DNA of 64,000 nucleotides from a virus: IMG/VR virus record IMGVR_UViG_2822494597_000001; one strand, 5' to 3'. Shown piece by piece: positions 29,193 to 38,204 of this stretch (position 1 is its first letter; each line of letters starts with the position of its first letter). The notes under the pieces were generated by a model. It saw only the letters and a program-made list of their open reading frames with translations, ran no database searches and was not told where the DNA came from. The position numbers and the translations under genes were made by a program.

Positions 29193-32100
29193 CTACTCAT
29201 CATTTCCTATTATCTCAACTTTTACATCTGTATTTACCCAGTTATCTGGAGCATTTATTTGTACAGTTGGATTCTTTTTATCAATGTTCGAAAGGATAAT
29301 ATATTGAATCGTTTCATTACCACCTTCATCCACCGCTTTAAAGTAATAGATACCATTTTCATTTACAATGAATTCAGCCTTACTTCCATTTATCCATTGT
29401 CCATTTGGTAATCCTATTTTCTTCACCCTACTATCTTTATCTGTAGCAACTACATGTAATGTTATTGCTTTGTTCGTCCAATCCTTCGTACTTGCAGTAA
29501 TTGTTAATTCAGGAGAAAATTTATCTTGATAGTGATAGTGAGATACTTCCGAGATATTACCTGCATTATCCACGCTTGCTACATGGATATAGAAATCTTT
29601 GGTATTAGGAACAGTTAACTGATAAGAAGCAGTTATTGTTTCCGTTTTTTCGTCGGGTATAGTATCTGGGTTTTCATCAATAGCAATAGAATATCCTTTT
29701 AGACCTGTTTTTACTTCAGCTTTTGCAATGTTAGACTTTACAACACTTTGTGTGTCACTACCTTTTGATTCAACATAATACTCATAGGAAGTCCCTTTAT
29801 CAACAGACTCATTATAAGAAACATCTACTGTACCATTTTCATTCAACACAGCCTTATTAATATTAGGCTTTGTAGGTGCGTCTACATCTTGACCACTTCT
29901 ATCAGCTAACTTTGTATCTGAAGTCAATTGAGCTAAGTAGAACAAGGTATTCGCTAATACCTTTTGTTCGTCTGGTGTTGCTTTTCCATTAGAATGACCA
30001 GTTTGAATCATCGCTGTATTACTCCATGTGGTCAGATAGAAATTATTTGTTCCTAATCCTGTTTCGGAGTCTGAAACCTCTGGTCCCACTCCAACTTCCT
30101 TGTCCACAAATGGCGATTTCCAATCTGAATAATTCATCCACACATCCCCTAAAGATACTTGTGAATTCGTATGCGAAATTGGAACAGATAACTTAGAGCC
30201 TATATCACCTATCGCCCAAGGGAAATTTGTTAACAACCCTTTTTTCTTAACCTCAATGTTCTGACTACCAATCCAAGGCATTTGAATCGCTGAAGCTCTC
30301 GCTTCATAGACATTTCCATTAAACGGATACGTTTTTATTCTAAGGAAATCACTCAATTTTACAAAGTTTTTTAAGTTGTGATATTGCGTAATTGTATCAT
30401 GCCCTGCTAAGAACCCTCTTCCAGAATTAATAAAATCCTCTATGACTTGCTCTCCTTGAATGCTTAAATCTTGTTGCCTATTTGTATCCCAAGCCCCTGC
30501 ATAAACTACATCATATCGCCAAGAACCATCTGGGCTTTTAAGGTATTCATTAGGATTTTTATTAAACTGATTTAATTCTACTGCGTCAACCTCTATTAAT
30601 CCCTTTCCATATCCTTTTGCATCCTCAATATTCGGTTCTTCCATCCATTGCTTAAGCAATGCTGATTGAGGAAGAGTGATATTCTCTCCTTTCCAGTTTT
30701 GAAAAGTAATGTCTTTCATAAGAGAAGCGGTATATGGATACAAGTTTAAAACTTTTACTTTTTTCTTATAATCCGTTGCTGACACACTTTGAAATTGTTT
30801 TTCTCCTTCTTTCTTTTTAAACACTTTATACGTATAAGGCTCAGTTTTACCACCACTCCACTTCAACTCAATTAAATTATCTTTATGATTTGCCTTTGCC
30901 TCTAATGTAGGAATCTCAATCGGAATATGTTTTGTATCACTTGTATTTCCTTGATTATCTATTGATTTAACATGCAAATAATATTGTTCTTGGTCTTTCA
31001 AGGATGTTTTTAATGATTCTGTTGTTAAATTCACCTTATTAGAAGGAATTGTAGTTGGATTTTTATCAATCAAATAGCTATAACCTTTAATTCCTGCTGT
31101 AATTTCTACTTCCTTATTTTTTGACACTGGAGTTTCCCCATTTTTTGATAACCCCCTAATACTGTAGGTATATTTAGTGCCTACATCTTTTGGTTTCTCA
31201 AAGGAAATAGATAAATCATCTTTATTTCCATTAAAAGTTATCTTTCTAACCATGTCTGGTTTTCCTTTATCAATTGCTTCTCTATCTGCAAAATCAGACA
31301 TTAAACCTTTATATACCTTTTTACCATCACGATATAATTCTACTTCCGTTGCATATCCAAATTTTACATTATCCAAATACACAACCTTGTCAGTTGAGGA
31401 AGCCATGTAATAGGAACCCCCTCGTTTACTCACATCATAATCTTTATAATCAGTAACATAGGTATTAACACTTACTTTTTTCCACCCTTCCTCGTTTGCT
31501 ACATTACGAGCAGGGAACGACCAAGCTCCTCTCCATTGGCGAAAATGAAATGGCGTTCCTTCTTCTACATCTCTATCTACACCATCAGAATTACGAAATG
31601 TAACCGTCTTATTTTCTGTATCTACACTTTCCACTTGCATCACCGCACCAATTTTCAATTCAACTTGGTCAAGTGTATATCCATGCTTTCCTACTTTGAA
31701 AGCATCTGGATTGTCAATATGTGCAACTTTAGCTCCCCTTTTCATAGATTTCGTTAACTTTACTGGTGGTAAATCGTGGTCATAAAAACTTTCTGCCCAT
31801 CCACCATCTCCATTTGCCATAATTAACGACTTCGTTCCACCATTATTCTTTGCATAGTAAGTAACACTTAATGGTATTCCATTCTTAAATTTAAACCTCT
31901 CCCATACATTTATAGAACGCTCTCTATTTCTATTCGGCCATTGAATCCAGTTCCCATTTTTAAACGTATCTTCTGTTCTAATAGATTGCTTGCCAGAGAA
32001 CTTATCCTCTGTTGTAATAGACTGACCTCCATCACCATAAAACTCATCATATCCCCATTTAAAATTCGGTATAAAATCATTCGTTTCAAAATCCGTTTGA

Positions 32101-32891
32101 TACAGCAAGTCACTATCTAAAATATCAATTGCCCATTCTGATTTCGCATATAATTCATTTTGATACACATTCAATTCTGGAACTTTAGATAAAAGATATA
32201 AATCTTTCTCTTCTCCGTCTTGTATTGAATCTTTTAAAACATTAAATTCATCAAGTATGATACCCTCATCCATATCGTGATAGTTATCATATTTCCATCC
32301 ACCTATTTGAAGCGAGTCATCAAATGTAGCTTTTTTATTATCAGGACTTCCTTCCAATTGTGAAAGTTCTTGTTTTTTTCCATTAATGAATAGCTTGTTT
32401 TTCATAACATCATTCTTGTGAAATTCAGCTAACACATGCGTCATTTGTCCTGCTTTCAAGCCTTTCCCCATACCATAAATATCATTTTCACCTGTATTAA
32501 AACCAAAGTTCCCATTGTGAAACCATAGTGTATATTCCCCAAAAGCAAATGGTATAAAATCATTATCATTTCCATCCCATTTCATCCAAAGAGATACTGT
32601 GATTGTTTCTTCTTTGTCTATTTTTAAATCCGAAGACGGAATTGTAACTTTTCCAGAATTCAATTGAATTCCTTTGTTTTTACTTCCAGGTACGTACACC
32701 TCATTTTGATTCGAAGAGTCATATGTTTTTTTATTTATCTTATTTTCAATTCGTTCTTTATCAAAATCTATATCTACTACTTTTCTTTCGTTATAATAAC
32801 TCTCTGTTTTGTTTACGTTCGCAATTGAAACATCACCTACTGCTCCTGTAGTAAGAGCAATGGCTGTGAACATAGGTATTAAGCTTTTCAT
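29193..32891 (-). CDS. Large secreted protein, family 2 paralog C
   Basis: Colinear paralog, 1232 aa. Confidence 0.7.
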   Translation of the reverse strand: MKSLIPMFTAIALTTGAVGDVSIANVNKTESYYNERKVVDIDFDKERIENKINKKTYDSSNQNEVYVPGSKNKGIQLNSGKVTIPSSDLKIDKEETITVSLWMKWDGNDNDFIPFAFGEYTLWFHNGNFGFNTGENDIYGMGKGLKAGQMTHVLAEFHKNDVMKNKLFINGKKQELSQLEGSPDNKKATFDDSLQIGGWKYDNYHDMDEGIILDEFNVLKDSIQDGEEKDLYLLSKVPELNVYQNELYAKSEWAIDILDSDLLYQTDFETNDFIPNFKWGYDEFYGDGGQSITTEDKFSGKQSIRTEDTFKNGNWIQWPNRNRERSINVWERFKFKNGIPLSVTYYAKNNGGTKSLIMANGDGGWAESFYDHDLPPVKLTKSMKRGAKVAHIDNPDAFKVGKHGYTLDQVELKIGAVMQVESVDTENKTVTFRNSDGVDRDVEEGTPFHFRQWRGAWSFPARNVANEEGWKKVSVNTYVTDYKDYDVSKRGGSYYMASSTDKVVYLDNVKFGYATEVELYRDGKKVYKGLMSDFADREAIDKGKPDMVRKITFNGNKDDLSISFEKPKDVGTKYTYSIRGLSKNGETPVSKNKEVEITAGIKGYSYLIDKNPTTIPSNKVNLTTESLKTSLKDQEQYYLHVKSIDNQGNTSDTKHIPIEIPTLEAKANHKDNLIELKWSGGKTEPYTYKVFKKKEGEKQFQSVSATDYKKKVKVLNLYPYTASLMKDITFQNWKGENITLPQSALLKQWMEEPNIEDAKGYGKGLIEVDAVELNQFNKNPNEYLKSPDGSWRYDVVYAGAWDTNRQQDLSIQGEQVIEDFINSGRGFLAGHDTITQYHNLKNFVKLSDFLRIKTYPFNGNVYEARASAIQMPWIGSQNIEVKKKGLLTNFPWAIGDIGSKLSVPISHTNSQVSLGDVWMNYSDWKSPFVDKEVGVGPEVSDSETGLGTNNFYLTTWSNTAMIQTGHSNGKATPDEQKVLANTLFYLAQLTSDTKLADRSGQDVDAPTKPNINKAVLNENGTVDVSYNESVDKGTSYEYYVESKGSDTQSVVKSNIAKAEVKTGLKGYSIAIDENPDTIPDEKTETITASYQLTVPNTKDFYIHVASVDNAGNISEVSHYHYQDKFSPELTITASTKDWTNKAITLHVVATDKDSRVKKIGLPNGQWINGSKAEFIVNENGIYYFKAVDEGGNETIQYIILSNIDKKNPTVQINAPDNWVNTDVKVEIIGNDE

Positions 32892-32977
32892 ACCAACACC
32901 ACCTTTTATTTATGTGTCTATACTATAATATTTTATTTAATATAGTAAATAAAAATAGCACCTTATTAGGTGCTTTT

Positions 32978-33424
32978 TTACATTTCAGGCTGATTCGCAA
33001 AAATTAAGTCAGGTACATATGGTTCTTTCTTTGTAGTAGTAAATATCGTATACGTATTGAATAGTTTAATTTCAAAAGTTTTATCAATTTCTTTTTCTAC
33101 TAATGTATCTTGAACACCATTATTCATAATGTTTGCATCTACCTTTTTGATAACACGTTTTTTGATTTCTTTTCCGTTCTCATCTAATGCTTCAATCGTA
33201 TAAGAATCATTCTTATCATCAAAAGAATAATTCGTTATATAATAGTTTCCTACTACTTTAAAATCTCTATAATAGGATTCACACGTAGAAGTACCTATTA
33301 CGATGGCACTTAAAGCACCAATCACTAAAAGAATGATACTAAACATACGACTCTTTTTACTTTTTGAGAAAACAAAAGGAAGAGAGCAGAAAAAACAAAC
33401 ACCTACCGCAATTATATATTGCAT
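32978..33424 (-). CDS. Membrane-anchored hypothetical protein
   Basis: Two N-terminal TM segments; GGGGG RBS. Confidence 0.6.
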   Translation of the reverse strand: MQYIIAVGVCFFCSLPFVFSKSKKSRMFSIILLVIGALSAIVIGTSTCESYYRDFKVVGNYYITNYSFDDKNDSYTIEALDENGKEIKKRVIKKVDANIMNNGVQDTLVEKEIDKTFEIKLFNTYTIFTTTKKEPYVPDLIFANQPEM

Positions 33425-33473
33425 CTTAACAACCCCCCGCATTTACTATATATGTAATATACTAATTATTTTA

Positions 33474-33487
33474 TTTACTTTAGTCAA
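33474..33487 (-). promoter_or_regulatory. TTGACT box
   Basis: TTGACTAAAGTAAA on minus. Confidence 0.65.
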
Positions 33488-33519
33488 TAAAAAACTCCCT
33501 TTCAAAGGGAGTCACTAAC

Positions 33520-34227
33520 TTAAATTGTTAATCTTTCACCGAAATACTCTTCCGCTTTACTTACGACATTTGAAACGTCCTCCATAATAGCTACCGTTTT
33601 TGTTTCATCTTCTGCAATATCAATAGGAATTGATAGGCATAAGTCAATGCAGTAGTTAGTTGTTTCTTCTTCACGATATACCAAGAAAGAATTAATTGCT
33701 TCATAGTTAAAGTATTCTGATTGAACTCCATCTATCTGGACAAAATCCTTTAAAATTTTTGGTAAACGTAATACTGCAAATTTCTCCACAAACCCTTTTG
33801 GTTTCATTGATTTTTCCAAATCTTTTTCCTCTATACCAAAATACTCTTGTGCAAATTCTGTATCAATCACAAACTTCTTGATAATAGAGATATTTTCTTT
33901 TTCAACAAAACTTTCTGTCTCTAATTCTTGTGACTGAATAAGTTCTTGAATGTGAGATTCTAATCTTTCTCTAATCACTTCATATTCTACTAATAATTCT
34001 TCATTTGATTTAATACATTTTATTTTTGTTAAAATGAAACTCTTAAATCTATCAGTATCCATCCCATCATCTTTTAATGAAAAATGAATATCTTCATCAA
34101 TTGCATTATGTTCTAACAATTTATCAAATGTATCATGTAACGAACGTTTTACGATATCAGGATAATCTTTTAAAATCTCTGTTTTATAGCTAATTAATTC
34201 CATTCCAAATACGTTATATTTATTCAT
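33520..34227 (-). CDS. Acidic hypothetical protein
   Basis: 235 aa ORF with RBS. Confidence 0.6.
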   Translation of the reverse strand: MNKYNVFGMELISYKTEILKDYPDIVKRSLHDTFDKLLEHNAIDEDIHFSLKDDGMDTDRFKSFILTKIKCIKSNEELLVEYEVIRERLESHIQELIQSQELETESFVEKENISIIKKFVIDTEFAQEYFGIEEKDLEKSMKPKGFVEKFAVLRLPKILKDFVQIDGVQSEYFNYEAINSFLVYREEETTNYCIDLCLSIPIDIAEDETKTVAIMEDVSNVVSKAEEYFGERLTI

Positions 34228-34298
34228 GTAGGCATTCCCCCTTTTATTCTAATGACTTATCATATTCAAATAAAACGAGAAACATAATTTTATATTGT

Positions 34299-34910
34299 TT
34301 AGAACGATTTAATATCCCCAAAAGGTAACAGTCTAACAAATACCTTTCCAATTACATCTTCTTTTATAGAAACTGTTCCTACAAAAGGACTACGAGAATC
34401 CATACTATTATTTCGGTTATCCCCCATCACAAATACATTTTCTTTAGCTACTTTTATTTTTGCATCTGCATTATTTTTCATATCTTCTTTGATATATGAT
34501 TCTTTTAACTCTTTTCCATTTCGATATACATGATTGTCTTTAATTTCAATTTCATCACCTGGCAAACCAATTACCCGTTTAATCAAAATGCGACCATTCA
34601 ATTTTGGAGCTTTCAACACAACAATGTCATTGTAATGTGGCTCTCCTACTTTATATGCTGTTTTATTAACAAACAAATAATCTCCATCTGCTAATGTATT
34701 ATCCATGGAATGACCTACAACTTTGGCAGGAGCAACAAAACAAGTAATAACAATAGCGATAATTACCGCAACCGCCATGTATTTGAAATACTCCCAAAAA
34801 ATCAATCCATAATTTTGTTTTTCTTCAAGATTCTCTTTTTCCAAACCAAACACCTCTTTTTTATTTACTATAGTCAATATATTAACACTTGTTTTAGAGA
34901 CTTTCAACAT
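34299..34910 (-). CDS. lepB: Signal peptidase I (S26)
   Basis: VGHSMDNTL (catalytic Ser), LIKRVIGLPGD (Lys), GDNRNNSMDSR. Confidence 0.93.
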   Translation of the reverse strand: MLKVSKTSVNILTIVNKKEVFGLEKENLEEKQNYGLIFWEYFKYMAVAVIIAIVITCFVAPAKVVGHSMDNTLADGDYLFVNKTAYKVGEPHYNDIVVLKAPKLNGRILIKRVIGLPGDEIEIKDNHVYRNGKELKESYIKEDMKNNADAKIKVAKENVFVMGDNRNNSMDSRSPFVGTVSIKEDVIGKVFVRLLPFGDIKSF

Positions 34911-35034
34911 CCACAAAACCCCTCCGAAACATAAACCTATATACATGATTTTTTAATTCTAATAAATTTAATAAAAAATTATCATTTACAAAAAAAACAG
35001 AAGATATACCTTCATCCCCTGTTTATTATTAACA

Positions 35035-35757
35035 TTACAAGTTTTCTTCTTTTTCGACTTTGTAATTAAATTTGTTTTTAATCTTACGTACAATTCGTTC
35101 AAGAAAGTATCCATGTTCAATAAAATCATCTTGAATAGCTTGTAATTTGTTTTCTAATGTTTGTATTTGTTTTGTTATTTCAAAAGCTTCATTATCTATA
35201 TTTAACAAATCTTTATCTAAATTCTTTATGTATTTCTTTTTTTGTAATGCTATTTTTGCTAATTTGAATGGATTTCCTCCACCAATTGCTAACGGATTCT
35301 GCTTGTATAGGTCTATTTCTTTTCTACTTTCCCTTAATTGCTCTAACTTTAAATACGCCTCATTAATTTGTATTTGAATAATGGTTTCTTGTTCATTTTC
35401 AATACAATGTATTTTTCGTTCTTGAATACTGATATAGCCCATTTCTATCCCATCTATTGAAATAATAATAGGTGAAGGATAAATGTTGGCATCATAACTT
35501 AATTCTACTTTTTCTAAAGCAATGAATTTTTCTAATTCAGGGATAAGATATTCATATAACATGTTTTGAAAAGACAATAACGCATCCTCACCATATGGTA
35601 ATAATAAATACGGTAATAGACTTTCATCTCCATTAAATAATTCTGTCATAATGCAAAAAGGTGTTTCCTCTATTTTATTTAATATTTTTTTACACTCTTC
35701 TATTTGAATTACACTCCCATTTAATAATTCATTCAGTTCTTGTAACAAAGGTATCAT
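35035..35757 (-). CDS. Hypothetical coiled-coil protein
   Basis: 240 aa ORF, AAGGAG RBS. Confidence 0.6.
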   Translation of the reverse strand: MIPLLQELNELLNGSVIQIEECKKILNKIEETPFCIMTELFNGDESLLPYLLLPYGEDALLSFQNMLYEYLIPELEKFIALEKVELSYDANIYPSPIIISIDGIEMGYISIQERKIHCIENEQETIIQIQINEAYLKLEQLRESRKEIDLYKQNPLAIGGGNPFKLAKIALQKKKYIKNLDKDLLNIDNEAFEITKQIQTLENKLQAIQDDFIEHGYFLERIVRKIKNKFNYKVEKEENL

Positions 35758-35846
35758 CTCCTTATAGGTTTTCTTCCTATATATTAGAAGAAAATATCTT
35801 TATATATAATGTTTCTTAGGTTCGACACTTTTTCTTTTATTTTTTA

Positions 35847-35875
35847 TTGACTATAGTAAATAAAAATGTTATTAT
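35847..35875 (+). promoter_or_regulatory. tRNA-array promoter 1 with TTGACT box
   Basis: TTGACT-17-TATTAT with upstream TG. Confidence 0.75.
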
Positions 35876-35974
35876 AAGTGTAAGGTAATTAATACCTTTT
35901 AAAAAACGATTTTCTATTATTAGTTGTATTTCTCTTGTTTATAAAGGAGGAAGTTCCTCCTTTATTCATATCAC

Positions 35975-36047
35975 GGAGCCTTAGCTCAGTTGGTAGAGCA
36001 TTCGGCTCATAACCGAACGGTCACAGGTTCGAAACCTGTAGGCTCCA
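35975..36047 (+). tRNA. tRNA-Ile2 (CAT, lysidine type)
   Basis: Cloverleaf; TTCGG-CTCATAA-CCGAA matches the Bacillus Ile2 pattern rather than Met. Confidence 0.8.
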
Positions 36048-36418
36048 TTAAGTAACTTTTGTACAACTAATATTTATATTTTAGGTAAGTGCTATACATA
36101 GAGAGTCCTATTCTCTATGCAAGTGGGATTACTGTTGTGAGAATTCTTGATGCTTAGTCGTTGTGACAAGTATCGTAGTTGGGAGTAATGATAGGGATAC
36201 CATTCCCCTGAACTTACTACAAGAATTTAATTGGAGGGGATTAAATTCAGCAGTGTGATGACTGTAACATAATTGTTTAACTCCTAATTGTTCTATAAGT
36301 TGTTTTGACTAATTCAGCTTATAGAACAAAAAAAACATAGGTTCGACAAGTTTTTTTAAAAAATTTGTTATAAAAAATATAAAGTCATCTATTATATATA
36401 TTAGTTTATAAATGTTAT

Positions 36419-36494
36419 GGGGGTATCGTTTAATTAGGTAGGACACTGGTCTCCAAAACCAGGAATATAGGTTCGATTCCTATTGCCCTCGCCA
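36419..36494 (+). tRNA. tRNA-Trp (CCA)
   Basis: CTGGT-CTCCAAA-ACCAG; G73; encoded CCA. Confidence 0.92.
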
Positions 36495-36501
36495 ATATTA
36501 T

Positions 36502-36609
36502 GGAGGTAGCATGGGGCTACGCTTGACGAAGCACGGATTCAGGTTTAATCCCTGATTGCATCTATACGGTGTATTTGAGACCGATGTGGTTCGATTCCAC
36601 ATACCTCCT
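36502..36609 (+). ncRNA. tRNA-shaped RNA with expanded core (108 nt)
   Basis: GGAGGTA/TACCTCC acceptor and TGTGG-TTCGATT-CCACA T-arm around a multi-hairpin insert. Confidence 0.55.
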
Positions 36610-36791
36610 CTTTAATTACTTTAGGCTTTACGCCTCCGCACGACAGAGTGCAGTAGTATTATTTCACACACATGAAAGAGCTGTGATTAGCTCAACCAAG
36701 CGATTAGGTAAGTCTGCATGGATATATATGACGAGGAGCAGACATAGTTCGGTGAGTGGGTTTATTCCGAACATAATATTATCAATATTAT

Positions 36792-36867
36792 TCGCTCGTA
36801 GCTCAGTTGGTAGAGCAATCGACTTTTAATCGAGAGGTCATAGGTTCAAATCCTATCGGGCGAACCA
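36792..36867 (+). tRNA. tRNA-Lys (TTT)
   Basis: Loop CTTTTAA; U1-A72; encoded CCA. Confidence 0.92.
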
Positions 36868-36876
36868 AATTATCTT

Positions 36877-36959
36877 GCGGATATGATGGAATTGGCAGAC
36901 ATATCGGACTTAAAATCCGATGTCCTTGTGACGTGCAGGTTCAAGTCCTGCTATCCGCA
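36877..36959 (+). tRNA. tRNA-Leu (TAA)
   Basis: TCGGA-CTTAAAA-TCCGA; long variable arm; A73. Confidence 0.92.
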
Positions 36960-37044
36960 CTTCAATGTTTCTCAATGTACATTTTAAACATTGATTAAGA
37001 GAATTGCGTTTCCGATATACGGATAAAATGTCGGGTTTAAACAT

Positions 37045-37128
37045 GCGGGTATGGTGGAACTGGTAGACACGATTGCCTTAGGAGCAGTTGCCATTCGTGG
37101 CGTGTAGGTTCGACTCCTACTATCCGTA
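37045..37128 (+). tRNA. tRNA-Leu (TAG)
   Basis: Loop CTTAGGA; long variable arm; G1-U72. Confidence 0.9.
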
Positions 37129-37141
37129 TCATTAATTAAAT

Positions 37142-37316
37142 TAGGTGTATTGACACAGGCTCTGCATAATGTTCGTTCGAGTCGAAAAGAATTCTGGCGA
37201 GAATTCTATAAATGGTTACCATTATCGCATCCCATAGACTACAGGTTCGATTCCTGGAAAGGTAATATACGCAATTACCTTTTACGCTTAAGGAGCAGTC
37301 TGTGTGAGTACATCTA
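37142..37316 (+). ncRNA. Double-T-arm RNA, copy 1
   Basis: Long terminal stem (GTGTATTGACACAGGCT / AGTCTGTGTGAGTACAT) enclosing two TTCGA-loop hairpins; repeated at 38205. Confidence 0.65.
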
Positions 37317-37320
37317 TTAT

Positions 37321-37397
37321 GGGGCGTTAGGCAAGTGGTTTAAGCCAATTGACTTTCTATCAATTATTCGTGGGTTCGAATCCCATACGCCCTTCCA
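37321..37397 (+). tRNA. tRNA-Glu (TTC), U37 variant
   Basis: ATTGA-CTTTCTA-TCAAT; G1-U72; U73; CCA. Confidence 0.8.
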
Positions 37398-37401
37398 ATA
37401 T

Positions 37402-37473
37402 GCGATTATAGTGTTTAATGTAGCACGGCAGGTTGCCAACTTGTTAGTACGGGTTCAACTCCCGTTAGTCGCT
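37402..37473 (+). tRNA. tRNA-Gly (GCC)
   Basis: GCAGG-TTGCCAA-CTTGT; U73; D-loop lacks the GG pair. Confidence 0.8.
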
Positions 37474-37505
37474 TTTCTTTCTACATTTAATTTAAGGAGT
37501 CTAAT

Positions 37506-37757
37506 ATGAATTCTATTGAAGAATCTTTGAAAAATCATCCTATTGAAGAGTTTGGATTGCAAGGATGTACAATTCGTCTTCTCAAACAAAACCATATTCA
37601 TAGTTTATATGATTTGTTTCAAAAAACAGAAGAAGACTTTATGAAAATGGCATTTATTTATCAATTTAAAGAATACATGGGACATAAAAGATTTTTAAGA
37701 AGAAAAGAATTACATTTACTCTTAACTAAAATTGATGAATTTAAAAGTAGTATGTAA
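37506..37757 (+). CDS. Stand-alone RNA polymerase alpha-CTD-like protein
   Basis: PIEEFGL...LKQNHIHSLYDLFQKTEEDFMK resembles RpoA CTD TIEELDL...[28 protein letters not shown] RBS. Confidence 0.7.
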   Translation: MNSIEESLKNHPIEEFGLQGCTIRLLKQNHIHSLYDLFQKTEEDFMKMAFIYQFKEYMGHKRFLRRKELHLLLTKIDEFKSSM

Positions 37758-37787
37758 TACAGTTCTGGTTAACGAGGTGGATAAAGA

Positions 37788-37901
37788 ATGAGTGTGAAAT
37801 TAAACGATTTTTTACCAAATGCAGAGAATTTATTCTCTCAAAAAGAAATAGAACAAATGTTTATTGAAGCTGGTTATGAAGAGATTAAAGAAAACAGGTA
37901 G
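37788..37901 (+). CDS. Small hypothetical protein (37 aa)
   Basis: GAGGTGG RBS; MSVKLNDFLPNAENLFSQKEIEQMFIEAGYEEIKENR. Confidence 0.45.
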   Translation: MSVKLNDFLPNAENLFSQKEIEQMFIEAGYEEIKENR

Positions 37902-37956
37902 AACAATCATTATTGAATATTTTTCTATCAAAAAGAATATTATTTATTTACATTAC

Positions 37957-38028
37957 GGGCTATTAGTGTAGCGGTTATCACCCCTGCCTTCCAAGCAGGA
38001 AACATCGGTTCGATTCCGATATAGCCCT
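37957..38028 (+). tRNA. tRNA-Gly (TCC)
   Basis: CCTGC-CTTCCAA-GCAGG; U73. Confidence 0.92.
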
Positions 38029-38037
38029 TTTTATTAA

Positions 38038-38111
38038 CAGGATATAGGGTAATTTGGTCACCCACCACATTTGGGATGTGGTTCATGTAGGTTCGAGTCC
38101 TGCTATCCTGA
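38038..38111 (+). tRNA. tRNA-Pro (TGG)
   Basis: CCACA-TTTGGGA-TGTGG; C1-G72; A73. Confidence 0.92.
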
Positions 38112-38118
38112 TATTCAT

Positions 38119-38194
38119 GACGCTTGTAACTTCAGTGGTAGAAGCTACACCCAATTGTGTAGATAAGTCGGTGGTTCGATTCCATCCAAGCGTC
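38119..38194 (+). ncRNA. tRNA-like RNA, 8-bp (His-type) acceptor, 6-nt anticodon loop
   Basis: GACGCTTG/CAAGCGTC; D- and T-arms intact; CTACAC-CCAATT-GTGTAG. Confidence 0.6.
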
Positions 38195-38204
38195 CTAAAA
38201 AATT

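Noticed and set aside
13400-32891. Shufflon or diversity-generating retroelement acting on the adhesin paralogs
   Set aside because: All paralogs are complete co-oriented genes; no invertase, reverse transcriptase or template/variable repeat pair seen
36502-36609. tRNA-Sec or stop-suppressor tRNA
   Set aside because: No UCA, CUA or UUA in a proper 7-nt loop; the best loop is TTTAATC and the D region is non-canonical
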